A stretch of 64,000 nucleotides of DNA from an uncultured archaeon (GCA_902385625.1 CABMGE010000027.1:16161-80160), one strand, 5' to 3'; counted from the first letter of the stretch, positions 8,997-18,702 are shown. Made by a program: numbers and translations. Notes: generated by a model not told the origin, from the letters alone.

Positions 8997-11675
8997 TTAT
9001 CTTACGAACTTACCATTCTGAATATAAATTGTTTTAGGAAACTCTTGAATATTTAAATTATAAAGCGCAGATGCCTGTGAACCTGTAATATAAATTCCAT
9101 TTGAATTAGCTCCCTTGCCACAAGACTTACACCAAGAAGGTTCTGAAACCACTACAGGAATGAGTTTACCAGAAGATAACTCATTTAGTTTTTCTCCAGT
9201 AGCATATTTTATATTTGGACCACCAAAATTATTTTGACCTATATTTGAACTAAAAAAGCCCTGTCCATCAGGAACATATGTTCCTGCTGCACCCTGAGCA
9301 CTAACCAACCTTCCTTTTGAAAAAAGATCTGATTCTGATTGACCATATTTAATCTGAGTTCCAGTTGCAGATGTTCCTGAACTGCTTCCAGCACCTGCTC
9401 CAGCACTAGGATCACCAGAAGGAGCTTGAACTGAATCATCTCCACCAAGTAACTGAACAGGATCTTTATTCTGAGTATTTGAACCAGGAGTAGTTCCGGG
9501 ATTGTTTCCAGGATTACCTGTACTAAATTGACCATTAACCTGAGTTTTTCCTCCAGGAGTAACTCCAGGCCCAGTAGTACCAGCTCCAGCAATCTGAATT
9601 CCAAGACTTCCTAAAACCTGTGCAAATCTGCTTCCAGAACTAACACCTGCAGCAGTTGGATTAATAACAAGACCACCTAAAGGATCGTTTTCATATCTAA
9701 CCTTCTGTGCTGCTCCACCACTAACTTCAACAATTTGATTTGCACCAAATCTTGAAACTTCAATGTTCTTGCTATTTGAAACATCTACTTTAATAGGAGA
9801 AGTTCCTGCATAATTTCCTATAACTTCCATTCCATCTACACCATTTACAGTTATTTTAATTCCATTTATACCTGTAGATCCAGGTAATGGAAGATTAGTT
9901 CCTGCATAAGGATTTAGAGAATCAATAGGAGTAGCTGGAGAAGGACATCCGCCAGGACCGCAACTACTACCTGAACTGCAACCGCCAGGCCCACAAGTAC
10001 CTTTTGTAGTTGTAGGAGTTTGTGCAGAATTAATTATTGCATTTTCAGCACTAACATAACCAGTTAAACCTGCTGGAGCTTTTTGATTAAAATTAAGAAA
10101 GGCAACTTCCTGATTTCCAATAGTTCTAAGTGATAAAACTTTAACATCTTTTGGATCTAATGGTTTTCCGCTAGAGTCATATGGATTATAATTATCTTGT
10201 AAAACAATACGAACATCAACATTTTTTCCAGAATCTACCTGATTAGGATTTTTATCATCTCCAAAATTTTTTAAATTTACAGAAAAACTTCCCCCTTGTT
10301 CACTATTCTTAGTAAAAAAATTATTTCCAGCCCTTACCCAACCCTGGCCTGAAGAAGAGGTAATACCTAAATTTTTATCACTTATCTTAACATCTAATGC
10401 AACATTCTTTTCATCACCATAATAAGGATTAAAAGTCATCCCATTTATTTTAACATTTCCAAAGTCCTGATTAGCAACTCCTCCAGATCCTGATCCAATA
10501 TCAAATTCCATAAAACCTTTTATATTTCCTAAATCAGATCCTGTAAACTTCAAAGTTCTTCCAGTACTAGATCCAGTTAAACTAAGACCATCATTACTAT
10601 CAGCAACAATTTTATTAGACCATATCTGTGCATTAGAGAGTTTTAAAAAATCTTTTCCTTTATATTGTAAAGTAAGTTCTTTACTATCTTTATCATAACC
10701 TAATGCAAGATTCTTTGAATTTCCAATATCTAATTTTTCAAGGCCAGTATATTTCTTTTTAGTAGGCCCAGTTGTTGCCCCTTTTGCAAAATCTTTTGAA
10801 TTAGATTTAGCTGCATCAGGAAGTGCTTCATGAGAAATTGCAATTGCAAATCTCTCGCGAACTTCACTCATGCCCTTCATAGGATCATTTAAAGAAGTAA
10901 TTAAATTTTTTATTCCAGCTTCATCAGGAGTTTTTCCATCCTTGCCTTGCAAAGATTTCCACATATCATTAAAAAACTTATTTGTTTTTTCAAAATTTTT
11001 ATCTCCAGTAGAATACTGTTTATATGCAGATAAAAGAAAATCCTTTCTTACTGCCTGCAAATCTTTTATTGAAGTCGCAGTATCTTTTGCATTTGAACTT
11101 ATAGCTTCTCCCCCTGTATTTTTCTCTGTAAAAGCAACTTTTAAAAATTTTAATCTTTCTTCATCAGGAAGTTTTTTAACTAAATCATCAAGTTTTCCTG
11201 CATCTTTTAATTTTGCAGCAGTTTTTGCAGCATTATCCCAAGTGAGTTTAGTCCATAAATCTGCAAATTGTTTATCTTCGAGTTTAAGGGTATTAGTTAT
11301 ATCTAAACTTTTTGAAGATAACATTTGAGTCCATAACTGATCAAGTTTAGAATTAGAAAATCCTGGCTTTGTCTGTGAAATAAGTCCATTAACACCATTC
11401 CAAAAAGATTTTGGATCTGTTTTAAGAAGTTCAGCAGCTTTATCAGGATATTTATACCATTCTTCAGGTTTTTTTACATCAAACTGAGGAGTAGTTGGAG
11501 CAGCAGGAGCAGCTCCAGTAGCCGCAGTTGTAGGAGTTGTTCCATAACCTCCAAAATTTCCAATACTAATTGGAGCTTGAGAAATAATATTTGAAATACT
11601 AAAAACAATAACTAGAATAAATATAAAAAACATCACAGATAATGTTTTCTTTCTTTCCAGACCTTCTTTTTTCAT
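8997..11675 (-). CDS. Large secreted protein with C-terminal thioredoxin-like WCxxC module
   Basis: Signal/TM at N-terminus; G/S/T-rich linkers; SEPSWCKSC and FPKTIYIQNGK at C-terminus. Confidence 0.7.
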   Translation of the reverse strand: MKKEGLERKKTLSVMFFIFILVIVFSISNIISQAPISIGNFGGYGTTPTTAATGAAPAAPTTPQFDVKKPEEWYKYPDKAAELLKTDPKSFWNGVNGLISQTKPGFSNSKLDQLWTQMLSSKSLDITNTLKLEDKQFADLWTKLTWDNAAKTAAKLKDAGKLDDLVKKLPDEERLKFLKVAFTEKNTGGEAISSNAKDTATSIKDLQAVRKDFLLSAYKQYSTGDKNFEKTNKFFNDMWKSLQGKDGKTPDEAGIKNLITSLNDPMKGMSEVRERFAIAISHEALPDAAKSNSKDFAKGATTGPTKKKYTGLEKLDIGNSKNLALGYDKDSKELTLQYKGKDFLKLSNAQIWSNKIVADSNDGLSLTGSSTGRTLKFTGSDLGNIKGFMEFDIGSGSGGVANQDFGNVKINGMTFNPYYGDEKNVALDVKISDKNLGITSSSGQGWVRAGNNFFTKNSEQGGSFSVNLKNFGDDKNPNQVDSGKNVDVRIVLQDNYNPYDSSGKPLDPKDVKVLSLRTIGNQEVAFLNFNQKAPAGLTGYVSAENAIINSAQTPTTTKGTCGPGGCSSGSSCGPGGCPSPATPIDSLNPYAGTNLPLPGSTGINGIKITVNGVDGMEVIGNYAGTSPIKVDVSNSKNIEVSRFGANQIVEVSGGAAQKVRYENDPLGGLVINPTAAGVSSGSRFAQVLGSLGIQIAGAGTTGPGVTPGGKTQVNGQFSTGNPGNNPGTTPGSNTQNKDPVQLLGGDDSVQAPSGDPSAGAGAGSSSGTSATGTQIKYGQSESDLFSKGRLVSAQGAAGTYVPDGQGFFSSNIGQNNFGGPNIKYATGEKLNELSSGKLIPVVVSEPSWCKSCGKGANSNGIYITGSQASALYNLNIQEFPKTIYIQNGKFVR

Positions 11676-11725
11676 TTATTAATAAAATAACCGTAATTTA
11701 AAAATCTTTGTAAGCGAAATAACTT

Positions 11726-13777
11726 TTAGTTTCTAGGTATCCAAGGATTAGTCCGATCATTTCTATCAGGACCGACCCTATATGCAATAACCTTATTATC
11801 TTGAATTTGTAACTGAGTTGGATAGGAATAAGTATCTTTAGAAGGGGCTATGGAAGGATCTGGTTGAAATCCTAATTGAGCTGCTTGTTGTCCAGTTACA
11901 TATAAACCATCACTTTTTACATTTTTAGCACAAGTTGGACACCAACTAGGTTCGGTCATTTCTACCTCGAGTACTTTTCCTTTAGAAAGATCAGCAACAC
12001 TACTATCTTTTACATAATTTATATCAGGTTTACCTTGAAACATATTTTTTCCTACAGGATCTTGATAAACCTCATAAGAAGGTTTAGTCTCAATACCAGT
12101 AGTTTCTTTAGGAGTTTCTGAAGCAGCCCCTTCATCTCCTCCAAGTAAAACAACTGCTTTCCCTTTTTCAGCGCTAACAGAAGCAGCAACCCCTTTATCT
12201 TCCTCAGTAACTCCCTTAAGAGCATCTTCTACTCCTTTAACAAGACCAGCCAATTCTTTTCCAGCTTCGCCAGAAGTAGCATCTTTACCAGGAAGTTTAT
12301 TTGGATCACCAGTTGCAACTCTCTGATTTCCAGCAGAACTTACAGCATTTAAATCTGCTTTGGATAAAGCCCATTGAGAAACATCACCACCATTTGCATG
12401 CATCCATAAATTTCCATAAGCATCATAATATTTTATATCTCCAGTTCCAGAAGCATATATTTTATGTTCAAGAGCTTTTGCATAATCATTCATAGTAACA
12501 GGATTTGTTTTATCATTATTGTTTACAACAATATAATTATCCTTTCCAATAAATATCTCATTTGCTCCTAAACTTTTTTGAAACGCAGCATCTTTGCTAA
12601 TATCTTTGGTTCTGTCCATGCTAACTGACTCTCCATTGCTAACTGAAAAAGAATAATCAATAAACTGTGTCTTTGCATCAGCCAGGTTATAATCAATTTT
12701 AGGAACTGCAAATCTAACTCTTCCATCATCAACAGTCATTTTTCCATTAGGATCAATTGTAAAAGAAGCAAACCCATTTTTTCCACCCTCTCCTTGAGGC
12801 TGAACAAAAGAATATCCGGATTTAGAGTCTCCAATTAATAGAGAAGGTATTTTTGAAAGATCATTTCTCATATCTGCAAGAGTATTATATGTCTGAGGAT
12901 TATTATCAATCATTGTAGCCTTAAGGCTGTTCCCATCTTTCCCAGTTTTTAATTCAAATACAAAACTTCCATCTCTTTCTCCAAACCCTGCATTAATTGA
13001 TTTTTTTGCACCTTCATAAGAAAGTTGCACTTTTTCATCAAGGCTAAGACCTGGACTGATGTCTAAATATTGAGTTTTCCCACCTTTGACAGTTTGACCT
13101 ATTACCAAATTGCCTTTTGGAGGAACAATTTCAGATTTCATAGTAGTTTTACCATTAGCATCTTTTACAGGATTATATTTTACAGAACCAATATCGCTAG
13201 ATATACTTTTTACATTTTTATTAAGAGTCACTTCACCATTAGGTTTACCATCTTTTGTAAATTGAAGTTTAATAGAATTTGTTTTTCCCTCTTTATTTTT
13301 TTCAACTTTTAATCCAACTCCAGCAGGCAGATTACTTACATCTAGATTTTTTCCAAATTGATCTTTAAAGGCACTTTTTAAAATATCTCCTTGAACAGAT
13401 TTTCCAGAACTATCTGATTTGCCTTCTGCTTCTTTAAAGAATTTTTGAGATTCCTCCGTAGGAAGAGCAGCATAAATTTTAGCCTTTTGATCAGCTGTAG
13501 CTCCAGACCAAATCCTTACCTTATCCTCGATTTTTCCATCACTCCAAGTCTTTATTGCAATATCCTTCATAGGCTCTCCATTAACCTTTTGTTCTAAGAC
13601 AAATACAAATGTAGTGGGAGTATAGGTATCAAGATAGCCATGCATAGGAGTTCTATCTTCATCAGAAGTCGGAGCTATTACTCCTGCCGAAATAAAGCAG
13701 ATTAACAAAATTAAAAATAAGAATCCTGCGAATAATTTTAATTCATTTTTACCCAAAACATCTCTTTTATTTTTCAT
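11726..13777 (-). CDS. Large secreted protein with C-terminal thioredoxin-like WCxxC module
   Basis: Signal peptide; TEPSWCPTC and YPTQLQIQDNK; C-terminus homologous to that of 8997..11675. Confidence 0.7.
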   Translation of the reverse strand: MKNKRDVLGKNELKLFAGFLFLILLICFISAGVIAPTSDEDRTPMHGYLDTYTPTTFVFVLEQKVNGEPMKDIAIKTWSDGKIEDKVRIWSGATADQKAKIYAALPTEESQKFFKEAEGKSDSSGKSVQGDILKSAFKDQFGKNLDVSNLPAGVGLKVEKNKEGKTNSIKLQFTKDGKPNGEVTLNKNVKSISSDIGSVKYNPVKDANGKTTMKSEIVPPKGNLVIGQTVKGGKTQYLDISPGLSLDEKVQLSYEGAKKSINAGFGERDGSFVFELKTGKDGNSLKATMIDNNPQTYNTLADMRNDLSKIPSLLIGDSKSGYSFVQPQGEGGKNGFASFTIDPNGKMTVDDGRVRFAVPKIDYNLADAKTQFIDYSFSVSNGESVSMDRTKDISKDAAFQKSLGANEIFIGKDNYIVVNNNDKTNPVTMNDYAKALEHKIYASGTGDIKYYDAYGNLWMHANGGDVSQWALSKADLNAVSSAGNQRVATGDPNKLPGKDATSGEAGKELAGLVKGVEDALKGVTEEDKGVAASVSAEKGKAVVLLGGDEGAASETPKETTGIETKPSYEVYQDPVGKNMFQGKPDINYVKDSSVADLSKGKVLEVEMTEPSWCPTCAKNVKSDGLYVTGQQAAQLGFQPDPSIAPSKDTYSYPTQLQIQDNKVIAYRVGPDRNDRTNPWIPRN

Positions 13778-13842
13778 TTTCTTTTTTCTTAAATAACTTT
13801 GATATTTATATTTTTTATTATCTTCTAATAATATCTTTAAAT

Positions 13843-14667
13843 TTAACCTGTTGATGCAGGACTTGGAATTGAAGATATTTCCTCATTGTTTCCCGCATTA
13901 TATTTATTTAACCATTCAAAATAATAGGGTTCAGAGGTAGTTCGATTATCCATTAAAAGCATTAAAAGTGAATTGTCTTTTGCATTAAAGCTGTAAACAT
14001 ATAAATCTTTTTCTTCAGCCATATCAGCAACGCAAGTTATACAAATCATATTTGGATCTGCCTTATGTGAATCAGTAATATATTTTCCAATTTCAATTAT
14101 ATCAGAGAGTTTAGAATTCTCATTTACACTAGCATCCTTCATCTCAATCCTCATCGTATTACCTTCCTTGCTAATTGTAACCGGCATATCAATTAAAAAA
14201 TTAACACTTCCTTTTTGTATTGAAGCTTTTGTTTTAGAAGTTCCATGTTTTATATCAAAACCAGTTGCATTAACTCCGCGAAAGCATTCTAAAAATTCTT
14301 TTTCATACTCTTTGCCAAGTTCTTTTTCAATAACAGTTTTGTCAGGCATTAAAAAACTTCCCTGATAATAATAGTAAGGAATAAAAGTCCATCCCAAATC
14401 AAAAGACTTTTCAGGTTTATCAGAATATCCTCCCTGAATTCCGATTTTTTCAAGGGAGCTTTTTGCAGAATATTCAGTACAAGTCACAATTGAACTTCTC
14501 AAATTATCCATAGTGGGCTTTATATCCTCTCTTAAAAAGAAATCGTTATTTGAACTGCCTGAATTTTTAGTAAAAAAATAATAACCAGCTCCTCCACCTG
14601 CCACAACTAAAATTGCAATTATTATAAAAACCGTAACCTGTCCGCGATTCAAAACCCCTCTTTTCAT
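13843..14667 (-). CDS. Class III signal peptide (archaeal type IV pilin-like) protein
   Basis: NRG|QVTVFIIIAILVV N-terminus; IGIQGG and CITC; paralog of 8060..8935. Confidence 0.72.
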   Translation of the reverse strand: MKRGVLNRGQVTVFIIIAILVVAGGGAGYYFFTKNSGSSNNDFFLREDIKPTMDNLRSSIVTCTEYSAKSSLEKIGIQGGYSDKPEKSFDLGWTFIPYYYYQGSFLMPDKTVIEKELGKEYEKEFLECFRGVNATGFDIKHGTSKTKASIQKGSVNFLIDMPVTISKEGNTMRIEMKDASVNENSKLSDIIEIGKYITDSHKADPNMICITCVADMAEEKDLYVYSFNAKDNSLLMLLMDNRTTSEPYYFEWLNKYNAGNNEEISSIPSPASTG

Positions 14668-14773
14668 AATAATTATTAGAGATCATAATTTATAAACTTT
14701 TCATAAGAAGGTTCAACATGTTGTATTATTAAAGACCACACGAAATTATAAAAAAACATGATTATATTCTTGC

Positions 14774-16477
14774 ATGGTTAGCACTGATTACAAAATATTA
14801 AAAGAAATAATATTAATCTTATTTTTTTCTATATTTATTATAGCAGTATCAGAAGTTTCTGCAGTACAAACATTTAGCATAGTCGCAAATACAGGTTCAG
14901 GGGGAAATATTACTCCAGCAGGAACAACAATAGTAAACTCCGGGGACAATCAAATCTATACAATAACTCCTAATTCATATTTTTATGTCTTAAATGTATT
15001 TGTAGATAATTTTTCTATAGGGCCGATTCAAAATTATACATTTGCACATGTTTCAGCAAATCACACAATTTCAGCAACATTCACAAATTATCCTACAATG
15101 ACATTCAAATACATTAATTCATCAGCAAGTCAGGGAGGAACAATTTCTCCTCTTGGAACCATATCATTTACTCCAATAATGAAAAATCAAGCATATACAA
15201 TAACTCCTGATCCAGGATTTGGAATTGCAAATGTCTTAGTGGACGGCGTTTCTAAAGGAGCACTATCAACCTATTCATTTACTAACTTTTCAGGAGACCA
15301 TGAAATATATGCTATGTTTGGATCTCCCCCTACAACAAGTGATGATTTTAATGAAAAAAAACAAGCCATATGCCAAAAAACAAATCAAACAATAACCCTA
15401 AGTGAACAATGTGGAACCTCTGGATGCAACTGGACAAAATATTGCTTAGAAAAGAATTGTAATCCTGCAAATGGAACTATCTATAATGGGCCTGTAACAA
15501 TTGGAGAAGGAAAAACCTATTTCAGATATCAAACTAAATCAAATTCAGGCATAATGCAAAACATTACTGAAAGGATCTTTGTAATCGATCCAACTTGTTT
15601 TTCAAATCCAAGCATGAGTGTTAATACTGCAACAGAGAATGAAATAAATGATACAGATTATTATATTAGTTTTAATCCAACACTTAATGGAACAATACAA
15701 ATGTCAGTTAGAAAAACTAAATCAGAACCTGATTTAAATCCGAATTCAGGAGTCACTTCTTTAGGAAAATATCTTGAAATTATTGCACCGCAATTAGTTG
15801 GAAACATTTCAAATGCAACAATAAAAATAATGTTCTCTAATGATGAAATTTCTGCAGCAGGAATAGAAAAATCAACTTTAAAATTATGGTTCTATAATCT
15901 AGCAACATCAAGTTGGCAAGTAATAGACTCCCTGAGTGGAGGAATTAATGAAACAGACAACTATGTCTGGGCAAACACAAATCACTTTTCAATCTGGGGA
16001 ATATTTGGAAGCACCCCTGCTCCTCCAGAAAATCCTCCTGCACCTTCAGGAAGTGGTGGGGGAAGCGGAGGTGGTGGTGGAGGCGGTGGAGGAAGTAGCA
16101 TAAGCTGTACAACTAATTGGAAATGCACTGAATGGAGTCCATGTATAGAAAGCAGACAAACGCGAAGTTGTTCAAAAGCAAATGAACATTGTTCAGTTAG
16201 TGAAAGTAAACCAATTGAAAGCCAAGAATGTATTGTAAAACTTGCTTCAAATTATACAAAAAATGATTATGCAGAGAATATTACACAAATCCCTGCAAAC
16301 TTAAGTGATTCAAATACTAGTTCAGGAATTTCAGGAATAACAGGAGCAGTTATTGGTGCAGTTAACAAAAACAAAAAAGCAATAATGGGAATTGTAATTA
16401 CCTTAATAATTATTATAGTAGCCTCATTAATCTCATTTAGAGAAAGAAAAACATCTAAAAAACATATTAAAAAATAA
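14774..16477 (+). CDS. Multidomain cell-surface protein (two InlB-B/Flg_new-like repeats, PGF-pre-PGF-like domain, Cys-rich TSP1-like motif, C-terminal TM)
   Basis: Signal peptide; two GG.I.P.G...YTITP...V.VD...YxF...H.I.A.F repeats; VWANTNHFSIW; Gly linker; CTTNWKCTEWSPC; TM followed by basic tail. Confidence 0.75.
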   Translation: MVSTDYKILKEIILILFFSIFIIAVSEVSAVQTFSIVANTGSGGNITPAGTTIVNSGDNQIYTITPNSYFYVLNVFVDNFSIGPIQNYTFAHVSANHTISATFTNYPTMTFKYINSSASQGGTISPLGTISFTPIMKNQAYTITPDPGFGIANVLVDGVSKGALSTYSFTNFSGDHEIYAMFGSPPTTSDDFNEKKQAICQKTNQTITLSEQCGTSGCNWTKYCLEKNCNPANGTIYNGPVTIGEGKTYFRYQTKSNSGIMQNITERIFVIDPTCFSNPSMSVNTATENEINDTDYYISFNPTLNGTIQMSVRKTKSEPDLNPNSGVTSLGKYLEIIAPQLVGNISNATIKIMFSNDEISAAGIEKSTLKLWFYNLATSSWQVIDSLSGGINETDNYVWANTNHFSIWGIFGSTPAPPENPPAPSGSGGGSGGGGGGGGGSSISCTTNWKCTEWSPCIESRQTRSCSKANEHCSVSESKPIESQECIVKLASNYTKNDYAENITQIPANLSDSNTSSGISGITGAVIGAVNKNKKAIMGIVITLIIIIVASLISFRERKTSKKHIKK

Positions 16478-16480
16478 ACC

Positions 16481-16492
16481 ATGCCCCCACCG
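16481..16492 (-). repeat. 12-bp duplicate of the tRNA-Glu 3' end (putative att site)
   Basis: atgcccccaccg is identical to 17272..17283. Confidence 0.6.
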
Positions 16493-16552
16493 CCGACCAT
16501 CCCTTTGTGGGAAATTTTGGGGACCCAAAGATTAATGAAGTATCCTTTTAAA

Positions 16553-17113
16553 TCAGTTTAACTCTATACTATTAGCTATTTTTTTTGCTTCGTTTAATTC
16601 TAAAATTGCCCCCGAAGTATTGGAACTATCCTTCGGCAGAGTAAATGATACTAAAAGAAGATGATGACCTTTTCCAATAAACCACCAATGCATAAGAAGG
16701 GGTTTATTATCCTCAATAGGCTCATCAATATACTCCATAACATATTTAGAATTTTCAGTATAAATCAGGGAATTTTTAAATTTATAACTTTGTTCCTCAA
16801 AATAGGACTTTGAAATAGTATCAGAAGTTGTATTTAACAAAGTAATTCTTAAAGTTCCTAAACCCTTATTTTTATAAAGCATTAAAGTACCTTCTTCATC
16901 AAATCCTTGGTTCCAATTTTCAGGAAATAGTAAAGTGAATTCATTTCCTGGAGAAATAAATTTCTTGAAATTTATGGGATTTATTTCATCTAAATTTTTA
17001 TTCTTTTGAGGCAAATTAATATTATTTATAGAATATACCAAAAAGACTATAACAATTAAAAGTAAGACCAAGATAATGATTATAGATAAGATTAATAAAT
17101 TTCTTCGATTCAT
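16553..17113 (-). CDS. Membrane-anchored PsbP/DUF3805-like protein
   Basis: N-terminal TM; KFISPGNEFTLLFPENW and GTLRIT patterns. Confidence 0.55.
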   Translation of the reverse strand: MNRRNLLILSIIIILVLLLIVIVFLVYSINNINLPQKNKNLDEINPINFKKFISPGNEFTLLFPENWNQGFDEEGTLMLYKNKGLGTLRITLLNTTSDTISKSYFEEQSYKFKNSLIYTENSKYVMEYIDEPIEDNKPLLMHWWFIGKGHHLLLVSFTLPKDSSNTSGAILELNEAKKIANSIELN

Positions 17114-17272
17114 ATTTTTTTATACGAACCGCCCTATAAATAATTTTACTCTTATTTTTATTACCTATGGGAAGTATCATCCACCCACTCCAACGGATAT
17201 ACTGTGTCTCGACAAGATTTAATAATTTTTATTAAAAAAGCGTGTCCCCCCGTTTTAGACAAAAAGTATTAA

Positions 17273-17345
17273 TGCCCCCACCGGGATTCGAACCCGGGTC
17301 ACAGCCTTGAGAAGGCCGTATGCTTGGCCTCTACACTATAGGGGC
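17273..17345 (-). tRNA. tRNA-Glu(CTC)
   Basis: Reverse complement GCCCCTATAGTGTAGAGGCCAAGCATA-CGGCC-TTCTCAA-GGCTG-TGACCCGGGTTCGAATCCCGGTGGGGGCA. Confidence 0.96.
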
Positions 17346-17368
17346 ATAAGATAACAACCCAAAAATCG

Positions 17369-17380
17369 TTTATAAACCTA
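17369..17380 (-). promoter_or_regulatory. BRE-TATA promoter of tRNA-Glu
   Basis: AGGTTTATAAA about 24 bp upstream of the tRNA 5' end. Confidence 0.6.
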
Positions 17381-17463
17381 ATTATTAAATGACAAATTTC
17401 AAGATTGATCATTATAAATCATCATCATAAAGGTTAAAAATACGGTTTTTCTTATAAAATATC

Positions 17464-17616
17464 ATGGAAGACAGAAAAAAAGATGTTTGCCAAAAATGCA
17501 ATAATACAGGCATGATAAAAGATAAAGATGGTTCTATACATACATGTTTTGACTGCCTAACATCAGGAAGACTAGAACAGCATGGAAAGCCAAAAGATTC
17601 TGGAATAAGAATATAA
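17464..17616 (+). CDS. Small 50-aa zinc-finger protein (absent from ORF track)
   Basis: MEDRKKDVCQKCNNTGMIKDKDGSIHTCFDCLTSGRLEQHGKPKDSGIRI, two CxxC motifs; AAGGTTAAAA promoter-like box upstream. Confidence 0.75.
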   Translation: MEDRKKDVCQKCNNTGMIKDKDGSIHTCFDCLTSGRLEQHGKPKDSGIRI

Positions 17617-17634
17617 TTTTAATTAACTTGAATT

Positions 17635-18480
17635 TTAAATATATGAAGATTTTTCTAAAAAGGCCCAAAACTGCGGCCAGCTTTTATTAACACAATTAGG
17701 ATACAAAAAATTAGCATCTTTATTTCTAAGAGCAATGGATTGCACAACTCTATGATCTTTTGAACTAACTTCATTTTGCAAAAGGCACTTTTCCATTTCA
17801 AGAATTCTATTACTTTCATGACCAATCAGACTAGGCCATTTCTTCTCTCCTTCAAATTGAGTCATAATTCCAAAAGCCCTGGCAAAACAATAATCCTCTG
17901 CTTGTTCAGGTACAAAATCAATTTTTCCAGTTTTAAGAAATCCAAGATAAGCTAAAGCTTGACTGAATATAGTATTATCATATCTAACTTCCCATTTTTT
18001 ACCAAGAAGGCGAGAATTCTTCCAATGATCTATTGCATCATAAGTTAATTGAAGTTTATATGGAGGATTAATAATTCTTTCAGAATTTCCCATAAGCACA
18101 GAAGCACTTGCAAATTGCGAAGTATTATTATCAAGACTTAAAAGTTTTTCAAGGGAAAAATTAACAATTTCAGGATTATCACAAATAGATCTGTCTTTTA
18201 GTGTTCCTCTTAGAATAAATTCTCTTTCTTCTTTTAATTTCCAGGATGCAAATTTAAAAAACCGATAAAGAGTTCCTGATTCACCAACATCCAAAGAAAG
18301 ATTAGATCTCCACTGAATAGAAACATCATGCAAGGATTTAAGATCATCACTTAAACTTTCATAATTTTCTTTTAAAAAATCAATGCAATCATTATATCCA
18401 TAGATTAAATCAAGAAAACCCATTCTTATAATCCAGGATTTATCATAGGGAATATATCCATTCTCAATTAACTTATCCAT
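17635..18480 (-). CDS. Shortened EPSP synthase (AroA/enolpyruvyl transferase)-like protein
   Basis: PYDKSW, DVGESGTLYRF, TSQFASA, HESNRI, DHRV and CVNKSWPQFW match AroA motifs; only 281 aa. Confidence 0.7.
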   Translation of the reverse strand: MDKLIENGYIPYDKSWIIRMGFLDLIYGYNDCIDFLKENYESLSDDLKSLHDVSIQWRSNLSLDVGESGTLYRFFKFASWKLKEEREFILRGTLKDRSICDNPEIVNFSLEKLLSLDNNTSQFASASVLMGNSERIINPPYKLQLTYDAIDHWKNSRLLGKKWEVRYDNTIFSQALAYLGFLKTGKIDFVPEQAEDYCFARAFGIMTQFEGEKKWPSLIGHESNRILEMEKCLLQNEVSSKDHRVVQSIALRNKDANFLYPNCVNKSWPQFWAFLEKSSYI

Positions 18481-18591
18481 AAAAAAAGATAATTTAATTA
18501 ATTTTTAAAAATATGTATAATGAATAATTCCATTCAATAACATCATACAGAGATAATATTAATATTTAAAAAAATTTCTTTCTGAAATAAA

Positions 18592-18642
18592 ATAATTTTT
18601 CTTTATCCCCTCAATTTATAGGGGAGATAAATGTAAAATTAT
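18592..18642. repeat. Dispersed ~50-bp palindrome, copy 2
   Basis: ataatttttctttatcccctcaatttataggggagataaatgtaaaattat, downstream of 18703..18954. Confidence 0.7.
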
Positions 18643-18702
18643 ATCAAATAAACAGTATAAACTTCAATTAAAAGATACCTTAAAAATATCCTTGTCTAAG
18701 GA

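Noticed and set aside
16045-16095. GGT/GGA/GGC-rich tract (also 35365..35437)
   Set aside because: Encodes poly-Gly linkers or tails, not a DNA repeat element
17160-17230. Possible integrase C-terminal remnant next to tRNA-Glu
   Set aside because: Too short and no convincing catalytic motif
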